A stretch of 64,000 nt of DNA, from positions 16,433 to 80,432 of the forward strand of contig CAIKYX010000260.1 of assembly GCA_903831745.1 (NCBI GenBank). The letters are read 5' to 3'. Shown here piece after piece: positions 50,309 to 59,818 of this stretch (positions within the stretch are counted from its first letter, which is position 1; every line of letters begins with the position of its first letter). The position numbers and the translations under genes were made by a program. The notes under the pieces were generated by a model. The model had not been told where the DNA came from. It was given only the letters and a program-made list of their open reading frames with translations, and did no database searches. Origin of the DNA: Oligoflexia bacterium (GTDB lineage: Bacteria > Bdellovibrionota > UBA1018 > CAIMNF01).

Positions 50309-51535
50309 CTAGTGGTGCAAAGCCGAGTTCATTTTCCAAATCGGAAGCATGACCGCTAAGGCAATGACTGCCACCATGGCAAAAATAATCGCCAAAAGCA
50401 CGGGTTCAAGCAACTTTGCCAGGTTATTCAAACTATAATCGATTTGCACCTGATAATACCGACCGATTCTTTTCAGCACGGGCTGAAGCCTACCCGACTC
50501 CTCACCGATCGAAAGCAGGCTTTTAAACGTTCCCGGAAAAAACGGAGCCGACCCCAGGGCAATACTCAGACTCCCCCCCTTGGCAATCTCACTCTGACAA
50601 TGAGTCAGGGCCTGTTTAAAAAGCTCGTTCTTTTGAGAATCCTTCAAGGTGTCCAACGAGTCCATGAGTGGAATACCGCTATCCAGTAGCAACTCGAGAA
50701 TGACGCAGAGGTTATTCAATTCAAGATAGAGAAACACCCGCCCGAAAATCGGTAGCTTGAGCTTCAGGCGATCAATCTGAAACTTGCCTTTCGCCGTGGC
50801 CGCATATTTCTCGTACCCGAAGCGAATCGCCATGGCACCGGCTACGATCAAATACCAGTAGTGAATGAAGAAGTCTGAGCTGCTGACCACAAATTGGGTA
50901 ATTGGCGGAAGATCAGAGCCCAATGAATTCAAGAAGCCTTTTAATTTAGGAATGACAAAATAGACCACCACCCCAATCACCACCACCAGAACCACGACTA
51001 CAATTTTCGGATAAAAAAGCGCCGATTTTACTTTGGCGTCATTTTCGGCCTGCTGCTCGATCATGGTGCTGATGCGATTCAAAGTAGACTCGAGCTTACC
51101 GGTCACCTCGCCGGTCTTGATCAACCCGACCGCAACCGGATCAAATATGGCTGGATGTTTTGCGAAGGCCTCATGCAAAGTGCCACCTTCGGTAATATCC
51201 GTGGTGATACTGACCAATGCATGCCTCAGAGTTTTATTCTGGGCTTCTTCCGAAAGCAGGTTCAGCATTTGAAGCAGCGGAATACCCACCGAGATTCCGG
51301 TTTCGAGCTGGCTCATGAACACCAGTTTTTCTTCGAGCGTAATTTTAGTCGTAAACTTTTCGAATGCGTCCGAAAACATCCGGAACATGATCTTCAGATT
51401 AAAACGGTCGACACCGAGAACGATCAGGTTTTGCTTAACCAATGCCTTTCGAGCGAGAAATAAGTTGTCCGCTTCGATCGATCCTTCGACAACTTCACCT
51501 TTTCGGTTCCGAGCCCGATAATAATATTTCGGCAT
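50309..51535 (-). CDS. pilC: Inner-membrane platform protein PilC/GspF/MshG
   Basis: MPKYYYRARNRKG, GEVTGKL, VKSALFYP, LPPITQ, GEESGRL, LLEP, LPIW. Confidence 0.92.
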   Translation of the reverse strand: MPKYYYRARNRKGEVVEGSIEADNLFLARKALVKQNLIVLGVDRFNLKIMFRMFSDAFEKFTTKITLEEKLVFMSQLETGISVGIPLLQMLNLLSEEAQNKTLRHALVSITTDITEGGTLHEAFAKHPAIFDPVAVGLIKTGEVTGKLESTLNRISTMIEQQAENDAKVKSALFYPKIVVVVLVVVIGVVVYFVIPKLKGFLNSLGSDLPPITQFVVSSSDFFIHYWYLIVAGAMAIRFGYEKYAATAKGKFQIDRLKLKLPIFGRVFLYLELNNLCVILELLLDSGIPLMDSLDTLKDSQKNELFKQALTHCQSEIAKGGSLSIALGSAPFFPGTFKSLLSIGEESGRLQPVLKRIGRYYQVQIDYSLNNLAKLLEPVLLAIIFAMVAVIALAVMLPIWKMNSALHH

Positions 51536-51549
51536 TCTCTTTCAATCTA

Positions 51550-52896
51550 CTATGGTTCTGAAGCCTTTTCAATTTCCTGGGACATCTTTTTAGCCCCTTC
51601 GACTTTTGAAGTCGCCGTTCCATCCATCGCGGCAGAAATTTCTTTTGCGGTAGCAATCTTTCGGTCTTCTGGCGACAGGGCTTCATCGATTGTCGGCGTC
51701 AGAAAAATTACCAGCTCATTATTCGAATCATTCACCGAGCTCGAGCGAAACAGCGCGCCGATCAAAGGTATATCCATCAGAATTGGCACACCAGAATGGT
51801 TTTTTGAGTGCGATTGTTTGATCAAGCCGGCAATGACCGCAGTCTGCTTGTTTCCCACGATTACCGCAGTGTTTGCCGAATTCTTAAGAATTCCAGGAAT
51901 TCCGTCCACCGCACCACTGGCATCCGGAGTCGAGTCATTTACATCGACAATCATTTTGATCTGACCTTCGCCCACGAGAGTCGGCAAAATGGTCAAAGAC
52001 AATCCCGCTTCGACTGACGAGAGACCTCCGGTCAGAATTCCAGGAGTAGTCGCATCTTTCGTACCTTGCACCGGAACATTACTCAAGGTCTTGACCGTAT
52101 AAGTCGTACCGCTTTCAACTTTCGCCTGCCGATTATTCAAGGTGGTGACCTTCGGACGAGATAGGACTTTTGCATCACCTTTTGATTCCGCCGCAGTCAG
52201 TTTAATATCCAAGGCACGACTGCTCACATTACCGATCACACCTTTAAAACTGATGTTTGGAGTGGTCGGCCCGGGAGTCGTGATTCCATCGCCGATTCCG
52301 CTGACCGAAATGCCGATATCCTGCAAGAATTGATGCGTGGTTTCGACAATCAACGCTTCGATCATGATTTGCTTGGGTGGCGTATCAAACAGCGCCACCA
52401 CATTTTTAACCTTTTCGAGGGTGCGTGCTGACCCAACAAAAATCAGTCTATTCTGATGTTCATCGACCAGTAATTTTCCATCCGATCCGATGACCGTGGT
52501 TAATTTAGGCAGTAACTCTGAAGCAGAAGCATAGTGCAGAATAATGTCTTTGGGTTCGCCATTCACTCCCATCGATGCCGAAGCTCCCTTACGCTTGGTC
52601 ACAATCAGCTGATTGCCCGACACCATGTATTCGATCTGTTGATCGGAAGATATTTTTTCGAGCAATTGACGAGCAGTCACACCGGATTGGGCGATTGACA
52701 CATTGATCTTTGGATCATCATCCATGACCAGGGTCATACCCGATTTCAGGGCGATCATTTCGAGCACTCCTTTAAGCGGAGAGTCGACTACGTTCATCGA
52801 CAATTGCGAATCGAGCTCTTCCGAGTGGCAAATCGCCGTTAGAAAGAACCCACAAAAAAGCGTAATCGTTAAAAAGAGCTTGATTGAATTTTTCAT
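51550..52896 (-). CDS. Secretin (PilQ/GspD/MshL family), short form
   Basis: Signal peptide, STN/N domains, DTPPKQIMIEALIVE, LSRPKVTTLNNRQAKV, GVPILMDIPLIGALFRS, ELVIFLTP. Confidence 0.93.
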   Translation of the reverse strand: MKNSIKLFLTITLFCGFFLTAICHSEELDSQLSMNVVDSPLKGVLEMIALKSGMTLVMDDDPKINVSIAQSGVTARQLLEKISSDQQIEYMVSGNQLIVTKRKGASASMGVNGEPKDIILHYASASELLPKLTTVIGSDGKLLVDEHQNRLIFVGSARTLEKVKNVVALFDTPPKQIMIEALIVETTHQFLQDIGISVSGIGDGITTPGPTTPNISFKGVIGNVSSRALDIKLTAAESKGDAKVLSRPKVTTLNNRQAKVESGTTYTVKTLSNVPVQGTKDATTPGILTGGLSSVEAGLSLTILPTLVGEGQIKMIVDVNDSTPDASGAVDGIPGILKNSANTAVIVGNKQTAVIAGLIKQSHSKNHSGVPILMDIPLIGALFRSSSVNDSNNELVIFLTPTIDEALSPEDRKIATAKEISAAMDGTATSKVEGAKKMSQEIEKASEP

Positions 52897-53318
52897 TCTT
52901 CATCCCCCTCTGCACTATCCTCTTCGTCTCCGCTCTCGACAGATGCCGGGTCGCGAATCGGGGGCAGACTGATTTCAATTTCAGAACTTTGTTTTTTGAG
53001 AATGACGTAATTCTCACCGATGCGTTCGATCATGCGGTCTTCGACAAAATCGCCGACATGAACCGACTTGCCGTTTACAACGGCCATGGGCTGACTTTTG
53101 TCATACATGATGCCACCGAGCTTGAACTTGTCTTTGACTTCGGGAATGGTGGCAAAACCAGGTTCTTTCAGAAACGGATCAACACCCCATGGAAGCTTCG
53201 GGTTGACGAGCAAATAGCCCACATCCATATCGGTAATCAGGTCGAAAGCCGGCCCTTCAGCGAGGGCGACCGATGTACCGAAACAAAAAATGCAGAAAAC
53301 CCATTTGAATTGCTTCAT
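52893..53318 (-). CDS. MshK/GspB/PilP-like accessory protein
   Basis: Signal peptide, DPF, KLGGIMY...AVVNGKSVHVGD..IERI.ENYVIL; directly upstream of the secretin. Confidence 0.6.
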   Translation of the reverse strand: MKQFKWVFCIFCFGTSVALAEGPAFDLITDMDVGYLLVNPKLPWGVDPFLKEPGFATIPEVKDKFKLGGIMYDKSQPMAVVNGKSVHVGDFVEDRMIERIGENYVILKKQSSEIEISLPPIRDPASVESGDEEDSAEGDEE

Positions 53319-53866
53319 GGGTGCCTCGCTACATAGCTATAGAGTTTGATGCTGGCCTTACAGCGCTTCATTTCTTCCGTAATTCGACTGATTTCGATCG
53401 AGTCGACTTCAGTCAATAAGGCCGAGTCCTCGAGCTTTTCGAGAAATTTTCCAATGGCAATAAAAGGGGCCTCTACCTCTACTTTATAGAGCGTCTGGGT
53501 GTAGCCGCTGAAAGTCGATTCACTGTCTGAGGTAATCTTGTTGATAATGAACGCCTCGTTTTTCGAGTTTTCAACCAAGCCGGTGACCACACTCGAAAAA
53601 AGCTCATTCGACTTCAGGTATTTTTCGAGCAAGCGCTGAGACGCCGTGACCGACTGGGATGCCGGAGCGCGGGTCGCGAGCTTCTTGAATTCGAGTTGTT
53701 CCTTGGCCAGAGTGTTTCGAGCAGTGACGACCTCGACCTCGAGCTTTTTCAGCTCGAGACTTTTAGGGCTTGCCCAAAAGTGCTGAAAAAGAAAGAGAAC
53801 TCCTACGATAAAGGCGCTGGTTAAATAACTTTCACGTTTAGAGAGTCGGATTTTTTTGAAAATCAT
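53315..53866 (-). CDS. pilO: PilO/MshJ/GspM-like protein
   Basis: LSKRE + TM + coiled coil + VEVEAPFIAIGKFLEKLE; position after pilN. Confidence 0.7.
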   Translation of the reverse strand: MIFKKIRLSKRESYLTSAFIVGVLFLFQHFWASPKSLELKKLEVEVVTARNTLAKEQLEFKKLATRAPASQSVTASQRLLEKYLKSNELFSSVVTGLVENSKNEAFIINKITSDSESTFSGYTQTLYKVEVEAPFIAIGKFLEKLEDSALLTEVDSIEISRITEEMKRCKASIKLYSYVARHP

Positions 53867-54432
53867 CCCCGCCCTCCTGTCGTCGCATCGATCGGAACTG
53901 AAAATTCGAACTTATAACGAGAAGGGCTGATCTTAGCCTCTTTTTCGGAATAGTCGATTCTCACTTGTCCGAAATGATGGGATTGCTCGAGAATGGTCAA
54001 AAACTCGGCCACCAATTCCTGCGAAACCGACTCACCCCTGAGAATGATTCGATCCGAGTCTTTCTCGGTACCGTTCGAAAAGCTGGTCAGCCAAATGCCA
54101 TCCGGAATGAGGATACTCAACTCTTTAAAAAATGCAGACCAATAGGTCTTGCGGTTCAGAACTTTTTGCAGCGAAGTCAGAGTCTCGCTCTTTTGATTCA
54201 AATCCTTGTTTTGTTGCGAAAGGAGCGCAATCTTCTGATGAAGTTCGCTCGCCGTGGCATCGATCTGAGCCAACTCTTTCTTTTGCGAGCGCGAAGACAA
54301 AAATGCCTGAGAACTCATTCCTACTGCATAGACCACGAGCACGGCTGCAAGCGCAAGAGGAAGCATCTCATGCGAAAGCCTGAGTCGGGGGCGCAGATCG
54401 GCGGGAATGAAATTCAGGTGCTTCTGACTCAT
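53863..54432 (-). CDS. pilN: PilN-like protein
   Basis: LNFIP, TM, coiled coil, WSAFFKELSILIPDGIWLTSF, ILRGES..LVAEFL..LEQSHHF. Confidence 0.82.
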   Translation of the reverse strand: MSQKHLNFIPADLRPRLRLSHEMLPLALAAVLVVYAVGMSSQAFLSSRSQKKELAQIDATASELHQKIALLSQQNKDLNQKSETLTSLQKVLNRKTYWSAFFKELSILIPDGIWLTSFSNGTEKDSDRIILRGESVSQELVAEFLTILEQSHHFGQVRIDYSEKEAKISPSRYKFEFSVPIDATTGGRG

Positions 54433-55241
54433 AATGGCTTTTTAATAGCCTCCTCTTGATAAATTCTCAAAACGATACGGCGGTTTTTAACCAGATTCGA
54501 AAGAATGGCCTCACCATTGACCGAACGATTCGGAAGCAACGGACGAGAATCTCCGTAACCGATTACTTTCATCATTCCCTTGGTAAACCCCTGCTCTTCA
54601 AACACATGAACGAGCGACGCAGCCCGGGCTGCCGAGAGTTCCCAGTTCGAGCCGTAGATCCGGCGCTGATGCACCACAGGCGAATCATCCGTGTGCCCTT
54701 CGACTTCAATCACGGTTTTTTCGGGAGCAGTCTTCAAGAGCTCGACAATTTCCTTCAATACAGGCTGCGATTTCTCGTCGAGCTTGGCAGAACCGATCAT
54801 GAACAATTGATCAGAACTTAAAGTGACTCGAAGCGCACTCGAACCCTCTTCTCTTTCTAGTTTTTCGATTCCCTGAATCTTTTTTTCTTCAAACTCTTTT
54901 TCGAGCCCGGCCAGGCGATCGACTTGCACCGCTGCAACAGGCAAAGAAGCTGGTGCACGCACCGCTACTGGCGCTGGAGCTTGAACCTTGGCCACGATAT
55001 TTGCCTCGGTAGGACCTTGCGAAATATTAGAAGTCTTGGAATAAGTAGTCATGTCGATGGACGAGGTTTCGATCGACAGCAAAAAGGCTGCGAGCGTCGC
55101 CAGCACAAAAGTACTCAGATCAGCCGATTTGCGAGATTTTTTCGGCGAAGCCTTTAGTTTGGGCTGAGCCTTTGCTGATTTGAGCAAAGTCTTTTTCACG
55201 CGCTTTTGGCTGATAAAATTAATTCTTCGATCGGGTTTCAT
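54429..55241 (-). CDS. MotB-like OmpA-domain peptidoglycan-binding membrane protein
   Basis: ADLST + TM; LFMIGSAKL, IEVEGHTDD, SNWELSAARA, GYGDSRP, NRRI. Confidence 0.85.
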   Translation of the reverse strand: MKPDRRINFISQKRVKKTLLKSAKAQPKLKASPKKSRKSADLSTFVLATLAAFLLSIETSSIDMTTYSKTSNISQGPTEANIVAKVQAPAPVAVRAPASLPVAAVQVDRLAGLEKEFEEKKIQGIEKLEREEGSSALRVTLSSDQLFMIGSAKLDEKSQPVLKEIVELLKTAPEKTVIEVEGHTDDSPVVHQRRIYGSNWELSAARAASLVHVFEEQGFTKGMMKVIGYGDSRPLLPNRSVNGEAILSNLVKNRRIVLRIYQEEAIKKPL

Positions 55242-56314
55242 GCGGCCTTCTTTCCGTCAGGAACACTGACGAGGGCCAGCCCTACTGCGGTGCCCATGTA
55301 TGGGGCCAATAGTGCGATTTCTTCATGAGACTGATCGAGCGATGAGCTATAGATATCGATATTGCGAAACGGATTTACGACCTGGGTCGGAACCTTGAAA
55401 AACATCTCATGAACCTTGTCGATGCCTTTTACCTGACTTGCCCCACCGAGAAGCAGAATTCGATCCACTTTTCCGAAGCTTTCGGGACATTCTTTGTAAA
55501 ATTCAACCAGAGCCTTCAACCCCTTCAGGATCTCCATGAAAGTTTCATCCAGTACTTCACCGACGGTGCCTCGATTTTCTTCTGGGGCTAAAAAGTTATA
55601 GCCGAGTTTTACGCGTTCGGCTTCTTCGTAAGACATATTGCATTTTTCTCGCAGACGCTGATTCACGCTGCCGAAAGCAGTTTCTTCCGTTCGAGTCAGG
55701 GTCAGTACGCCATCTGTGATTAATCCCGAATTAATATGTGATTCGCCGAGATCAAGAACAATGACCACTTCCTTCGGGTCAATATAACCATTAAAATCGA
55801 GCATGGCAGTAATCGCCATCATTTCTGATTCGATCGAACTGGGTTTAAGCCCGGACTCTTCGAGCACTTTCATCTGAGCAACAACGAGATCTCGTTTTAC
55901 ACAGAAAGCCTTGATCAGGGTAACATCCGGATCGTCGTTTTTATCTGCGGTTACCCAGAAATCACAGCATTGATCGTCCATCGACATGCGCGCGAGCTCG
56001 CCGACTTCCTGCGGAACCACTTGCAGCAGTTCCTTTTCAGGCATCTTCGGCAAATTAAAACTGAACGTCATCACATCGCTGTCGCGAACCGTGGTTGCTG
56101 CCGACGACGACGACAATTGCTGTACTTCGATTGAAGCCTTCAGTACCTCATCCCGATTACTGCGGGCCGGAAAATCTTCCGAAGTCTGCAACAGGTCCTG
56201 AAAAAAATGTCCGGCGAGGTGAACCTTGCCGTCTTTGGCACGCGTGAGTTTGACCCCTTTGATCGTTCGGGCTCCAAGATCGACACCTAATACCTGCTTC
56301 TTGAAAAAATTCAT
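55238..56314 (-). CDS. pilM: Type IV pilus actin-like protein PilM
   Basis: GVDLGARTIKGVKL, LDLGESH, ILLLGGASQVKGI, VVNPF, AVGLAL. Confidence 0.88.
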   Translation of the reverse strand: MNFFKKQVLGVDLGARTIKGVKLTRAKDGKVHLAGHFFQDLLQTSEDFPARSNRDEVLKASIEVQQLSSSSAATTVRDSDVMTFSFNLPKMPEKELLQVVPQEVGELARMSMDDQCCDFWVTADKNDDPDVTLIKAFCVKRDLVVAQMKVLEESGLKPSSIESEMMAITAMLDFNGYIDPKEVVIVLDLGESHINSGLITDGVLTLTRTEETAFGSVNQRLREKCNMSYEEAERVKLGYNFLAPEENRGTVGEVLDETFMEILKGLKALVEFYKECPESFGKVDRILLLGGASQVKGIDKVHEMFFKVPTQVVNPFRNIDIYSSSLDQSHEEIALLAPYMGTAVGLALVSVPDGKKAA

Positions 56315-57162
56315 CGCTGACTCCTTAGAAATGAAAACAATCCTTTGGATTTTAAATTGAGGGCTTCGTTCGCCACTTTTTCATGAATGAGGCGAATGCG
56401 TTTTTCTTCGGCTGCCTGAATGACCCGTTCACTGAGCTGATTGATCCGACGAGGAATTCCGTTACTCAGGGTGTAAATGATTTTCATCACTGAAGCTTCG
56501 AAGCGAATGAAGTTACCGTTTCCTACCTGTTCAATGCGGCTTTTAATATATCGCTCGGTCTCGAGTCGATCGAGCCCCCTGAGCGTGGCATGACATCCGA
56601 TTCGTTGTTTCAACTGTCGTAGCTCAGGACGCTGTAGAGTTGCATCGAGCTCTGGCTGTCCGATCAGCACAATTTGAAGAAGTTTTTGAGTACGGGTCTC
56701 GAGATTGGTCAATAAGCGGATCATTTCGAGTGCTTCGACGCTCAGCGATTGCGCTTCATCGATCATCAGAATCGAGTGTTTGCCGGAATCTACGTTGGTG
56801 AGTAAAAAACGGTTCAGGTGATCGACGTAAGCCTTGCCAGTTTGAAATTCAACTGCAGGCTTGGGCACTTCGAACTCTTCGCATATCGCTTGCAATAACT
56901 CGATCTCGGTAAATTTAGGATAAAGAATCAGCGCCGTATTCGCCTGATTTTCGAACGAGGCGAGCAACATTCGCGCAAGCAAGGTCTTGCCGGTTCCTAC
57001 TTCGCCGGTCAACACACTAAAACCTTTGCCCTGCCTGAGCGCCTGACTCAGATCATTCAACGCACGATTGTGCTGATGAGAGGCGTAATAAAACTCCGGG
57101 TCAGGAGTTTCACCGAAAGGATTTACTTCTAAATTATAAAATTTGCTGTAATAGCTTTTCAT
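56311..57162 (-). CDS. ExeA/MshM-family AAA ATPase without C-terminal PG-binding domain
   Basis: PFGETPDP, TGEVGTGKT, IDEAQ, LQIVLIGQPEL, GIPRRIN. Confidence 0.9.
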   Translation of the reverse strand: MKSYYSKFYNLEVNPFGETPDPEFYYASHQHNRALNDLSQALRQGKGFSVLTGEVGTGKTLLARMLLASFENQANTALILYPKFTEIELLQAICEEFEVPKPAVEFQTGKAYVDHLNRFLLTNVDSGKHSILMIDEAQSLSVEALEMIRLLTNLETRTQKLLQIVLIGQPELDATLQRPELRQLKQRIGCHATLRGLDRLETERYIKSRIEQVGNGNFIRFEASVMKIIYTLSNGIPRRINQLSERVIQAAEEKRIRLIHEKVANEALNLKSKGLFSFLRSQR

Positions 57163-57251
57163 AGGCTTCTCTCAATTCCTTTCGGAAATCAAAGAGAAGT
57201 ACCTGAATTTATTTTAAACATTTGAATTCGGGCGATAGAAATTTGACGCTT

Positions 57252-57821
57252 TTAGAACGTATGTTCGTTAGTGGTTTTATTGAAAGCACTATTCGCCCAG
57301 ATCTGGCCGGCATAGGCGTCACCCGCCAAAGCGTCATAACACCAACCATACTCGCCAGCCGACCCCCACGCTGATCCCGCACAATCCGTAGCGCTGTTCG
57401 GCCCAAGACCTGCGCAACTTCCGCCCCCATTACAAGCAGTGACCGTCGAAGGATTGCCGGTACTGTCGCTCCAGGGATTCGGCGGAATCGTTCCGTTTGC
57501 AACAAACGTTCGGTCCGAGGCCAAAAGCACTTGCGAGGTCGTGCAAGGAGCTGATCCAAAAGTAATATCATTATTATTTAAATTCGCGAGACTGGGCACA
57601 CTTGCGTCCGAAACTCCACAACGGAGCCGCATCTGCGCGTTCTGCATGCCGATCGCCCGCCTCAAAATGGCCAGATCTGCTTTGACTGCAGCATCCTTGG
57701 AGTCGGCACCAAAGTTTACGAATTCCGTTACCCCGATTGCCGCTAATACCCCAAGCAGCAAAATGACCATCAAGACTTCAATCAAACTGAAACCTGTGAT
57801 TTTATGACGACTCCCGCCCAT
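57252..57821 (-). CDS. Type IV pilin, paralog of 49498-50154, 6 Cys
   Basis: ITG|FSLIEVL, IPPNPWS, GWCYD...GQIWAN. Confidence 0.85.
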   Translation of the reverse strand: MGGSRHKITGFSLIEVLMVILLLGVLAAIGVTEFVNFGADSKDAAVKADLAILRRAIGMQNAQMRLRCGVSDASVPSLANLNNNDITFGSAPCTTSQVLLASDRTFVANGTIPPNPWSDSTGNPSTVTACNGGGSCAGLGPNSATDCAGSAWGSAGEYGWCYDALAGDAYAGQIWANSAFNKTTNEHTF

Positions 57822-57952
57822 GTCCCAATAATAATGGTTTTATTCAATTATATCTAAAAAATAGTATAAACCCTGAAAAACGCCAGAGAAATGACGACAC
57901 TCTCATTTCCTTACTGCATCAAGTTCACAGACAGGTTTGCCGATGAGAAAGC

Positions 57953-59674
57953 ATGTCGAAGCCCTTGGAATCTAAAGGAACCCACCTCGCCTCCGGCCGA
58001 AAATTCGGCGAGGTGTTGCTCGAAATGAACTTGCTCACGCAAGAAGAAATCGATGCGGCAGTATTGCGTGGATCCGAAAAGAGAATGCGCTTGGGCGATT
58101 TACTTCTCAGTGAAGGAAAAATTTCGAGTGAAAATCTCGCGCGAGCCCTAGCCAGTCAGTACGATCTCGAATACCTCGACCTTTCTTCGATGATCTTCAA
58201 CAAGGAAGCTTCAAAAATCATTCCAGAAAAAATTGCCCGAACTTTTCGCATCCTCCCGATCGAATCCAAAGACGGTTTTGTTACTCTTTGTGCCGACGAC
58301 CCGATTCAACTGGTCAAACTCGATAACATCAAAAAAAGCATCGAGGGCACGATCATCCTGAAAGTCGGAACCAAGGAACAAATCGAAGCCGCATTGAACA
58401 AAGTTTATGCCTATGACAATTCGGTAGACCGGATTGTCAAACACCTGGCCAAAAAGCAGGAACTGAAAAAACCTACAGTGACTGAGAGCCTGCTGAACAG
58501 CGACAATCCGAAGGACGCCAATCCGTCGATCGAAGCGCTCGTCAATAAATTCATCGAACGCGCCATCATCGATCGTGCGAGCGACATTCATATCGATCCG
58601 GCCGAAGAAAAAGTGCGGGTTCGAGTGCGAATTGATGGCCTCCTGCATGAATTGCACACCTACCCCGTTCCGTTGCACGTGGCGGTAGTTTCGCGACTCA
58701 AAGTCCTTTCGAACCTCGATATTGCCGAAAAAAGGCATCCTCAGGATGGACACTTCAATTATACAAAAGGTTCCCATGCCGTCGACATCCGTATTTCGAC
58801 GCTGCCTACGGTACACGGCGAAAAACTGGTCCTTCGTTTGCTCGACAAGAAGAAAATGCGCGGAAACCTGCTTCAGATCGGAATGAGCCCAGAGATCGAA
58901 GCCTCGGTTCAAGCATTACTCGAACGTCCTCATGGCGTCATCTTTCTTACCGGTCCTACCGGAAGTGGTAAAACCACCTCTCTTTATTCGATGTTAAATC
59001 AGATCAACGGCATCGAACGAAATGTCATTACGGTTGAAGATCCGGTCGAATACAAATTTGATGTCATCAACCAGATTCAGGTAAACGAAAAGGCCGGATT
59101 GAATTTCGCTGGCATCTTAAGAAACATCCTTCGTCAGGATCCGGATGTGATCATGATCGGTGAGGTCCGCGATCAAGAAACTGCAGACATCGCCATTCGC
59201 GCGGCCCTGACCGGCCACTTGGTGTTAAGCACGCTTCACACCAATGATTCCGTCAGCACGCCGAATCGCCTGATCGATATGGGCGTCGAACCTTTTTTGA
59301 TTTCATCTGCCCTGGTGGCTGTCATTGCCCAGAGGTTGGTGCGAGTGCTCTGCACCCATTGCCGCGAAAAAGTTGCCATTACCGAAGAAGAACTTCGCTT
59401 GCTCGGCACCAGCGCCCTCAGCGTCGATAGCGTCATTTACGGTCCCGTCGGTTGCCAGCACTGCTTTCATTCAGGGTATCAACATCGAATCGCCCTTTTC
59501 GAATACATGCCGATCGACGAGCACATTCGAAGTGCGATCATTCGTCGTGATTCGCCCGATCAATTGACCAAATATCTGAACGACAATGGATTCATCAGCA
59601 TGCGCCAGGACGGAATTTATAAGATCGCCGCCGGCATCACTTCAGTCGAAGAAGTCCTGAAAGCCACGCTCTAA
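57953..59674 (+). CDS. Assembly ATPase PilB/GspE/MshE with MshEN domain
   Basis: RLGDLLLSEGKISSENLARALASQ, ASDIHID, GPTGSGKTT, EDPVE, LRQDPDVIMIGE, TGHLVLSTLHTND, tetra-Cys CTHC/CQHC. Confidence 0.94.
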   Translation: MSKPLESKGTHLASGRKFGEVLLEMNLLTQEEIDAAVLRGSEKRMRLGDLLLSEGKISSENLARALASQYDLEYLDLSSMIFNKEASKIIPEKIARTFRILPIESKDGFVTLCADDPIQLVKLDNIKKSIEGTIILKVGTKEQIEAALNKVYAYDNSVDRIVKHLAKKQELKKPTVTESLLNSDNPKDANPSIEALVNKFIERAIIDRASDIHIDPAEEKVRVRVRIDGLLHELHTYPVPLHVAVVSRLKVLSNLDIAEKRHPQDGHFNYTKGSHAVDIRISTLPTVHGEKLVLRLLDKKKMRGNLLQIGMSPEIEASVQALLERPHGVIFLTGPTGSGKTTSLYSMLNQINGIERNVITVEDPVEYKFDVINQIQVNEKAGLNFAGILRNILRQDPDVIMIGEVRDQETADIAIRAALTGHLVLSTLHTNDSVSTPNRLIDMGVEPFLISSALVAVIAQRLVRVLCTHCREKVAITEEELRLLGTSALSVDSVIYGPVGCQHCFHSGYQHRIALFEYMPIDEHIRSAIIRRDSPDQLTKYLNDNGFISMRQDGIYKIAAGITSVEEVLKATL

Positions 59675-59699
59675 CTGGGTGTCGTACACTCATTTAATA

Positions 59700-59815
59700 G
59701 GTAAGTTGGTAAGTTGTCGGACACTTATTTGGTAAGTTGGTAAGTTGTCGGACACTTATTTGGTAAGTTGGTAAGTTGTCGGACACTTATTTAATAAATA
59801 AGTTGTCGGACACCT
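59700..59815. repeat. Three exact tandem copies of a 31-bp unit plus a partial copy, between convergent genes
   Basis: GGTAAGTTGGTAAGTTGTCGGACACTTATTT at 59700, 59731, 59762; partial TAAGTTGTCGGACAC at 59799; no spacers. Confidence 0.9.
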
Positions 59816-59818
59816 AAT

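Noticed and set aside
54429..55241. Flagellar stator operon or T6SS TssL
   Set aside because: No motA, flagellar or T6SS genes nearby; the gene is translationally coupled within the pil operon
59700..59815. Possible CRISPR array (31-bp repeat)
   Set aside because: Copies are head-to-tail with no unique spacers, and there are no cas genes in the window
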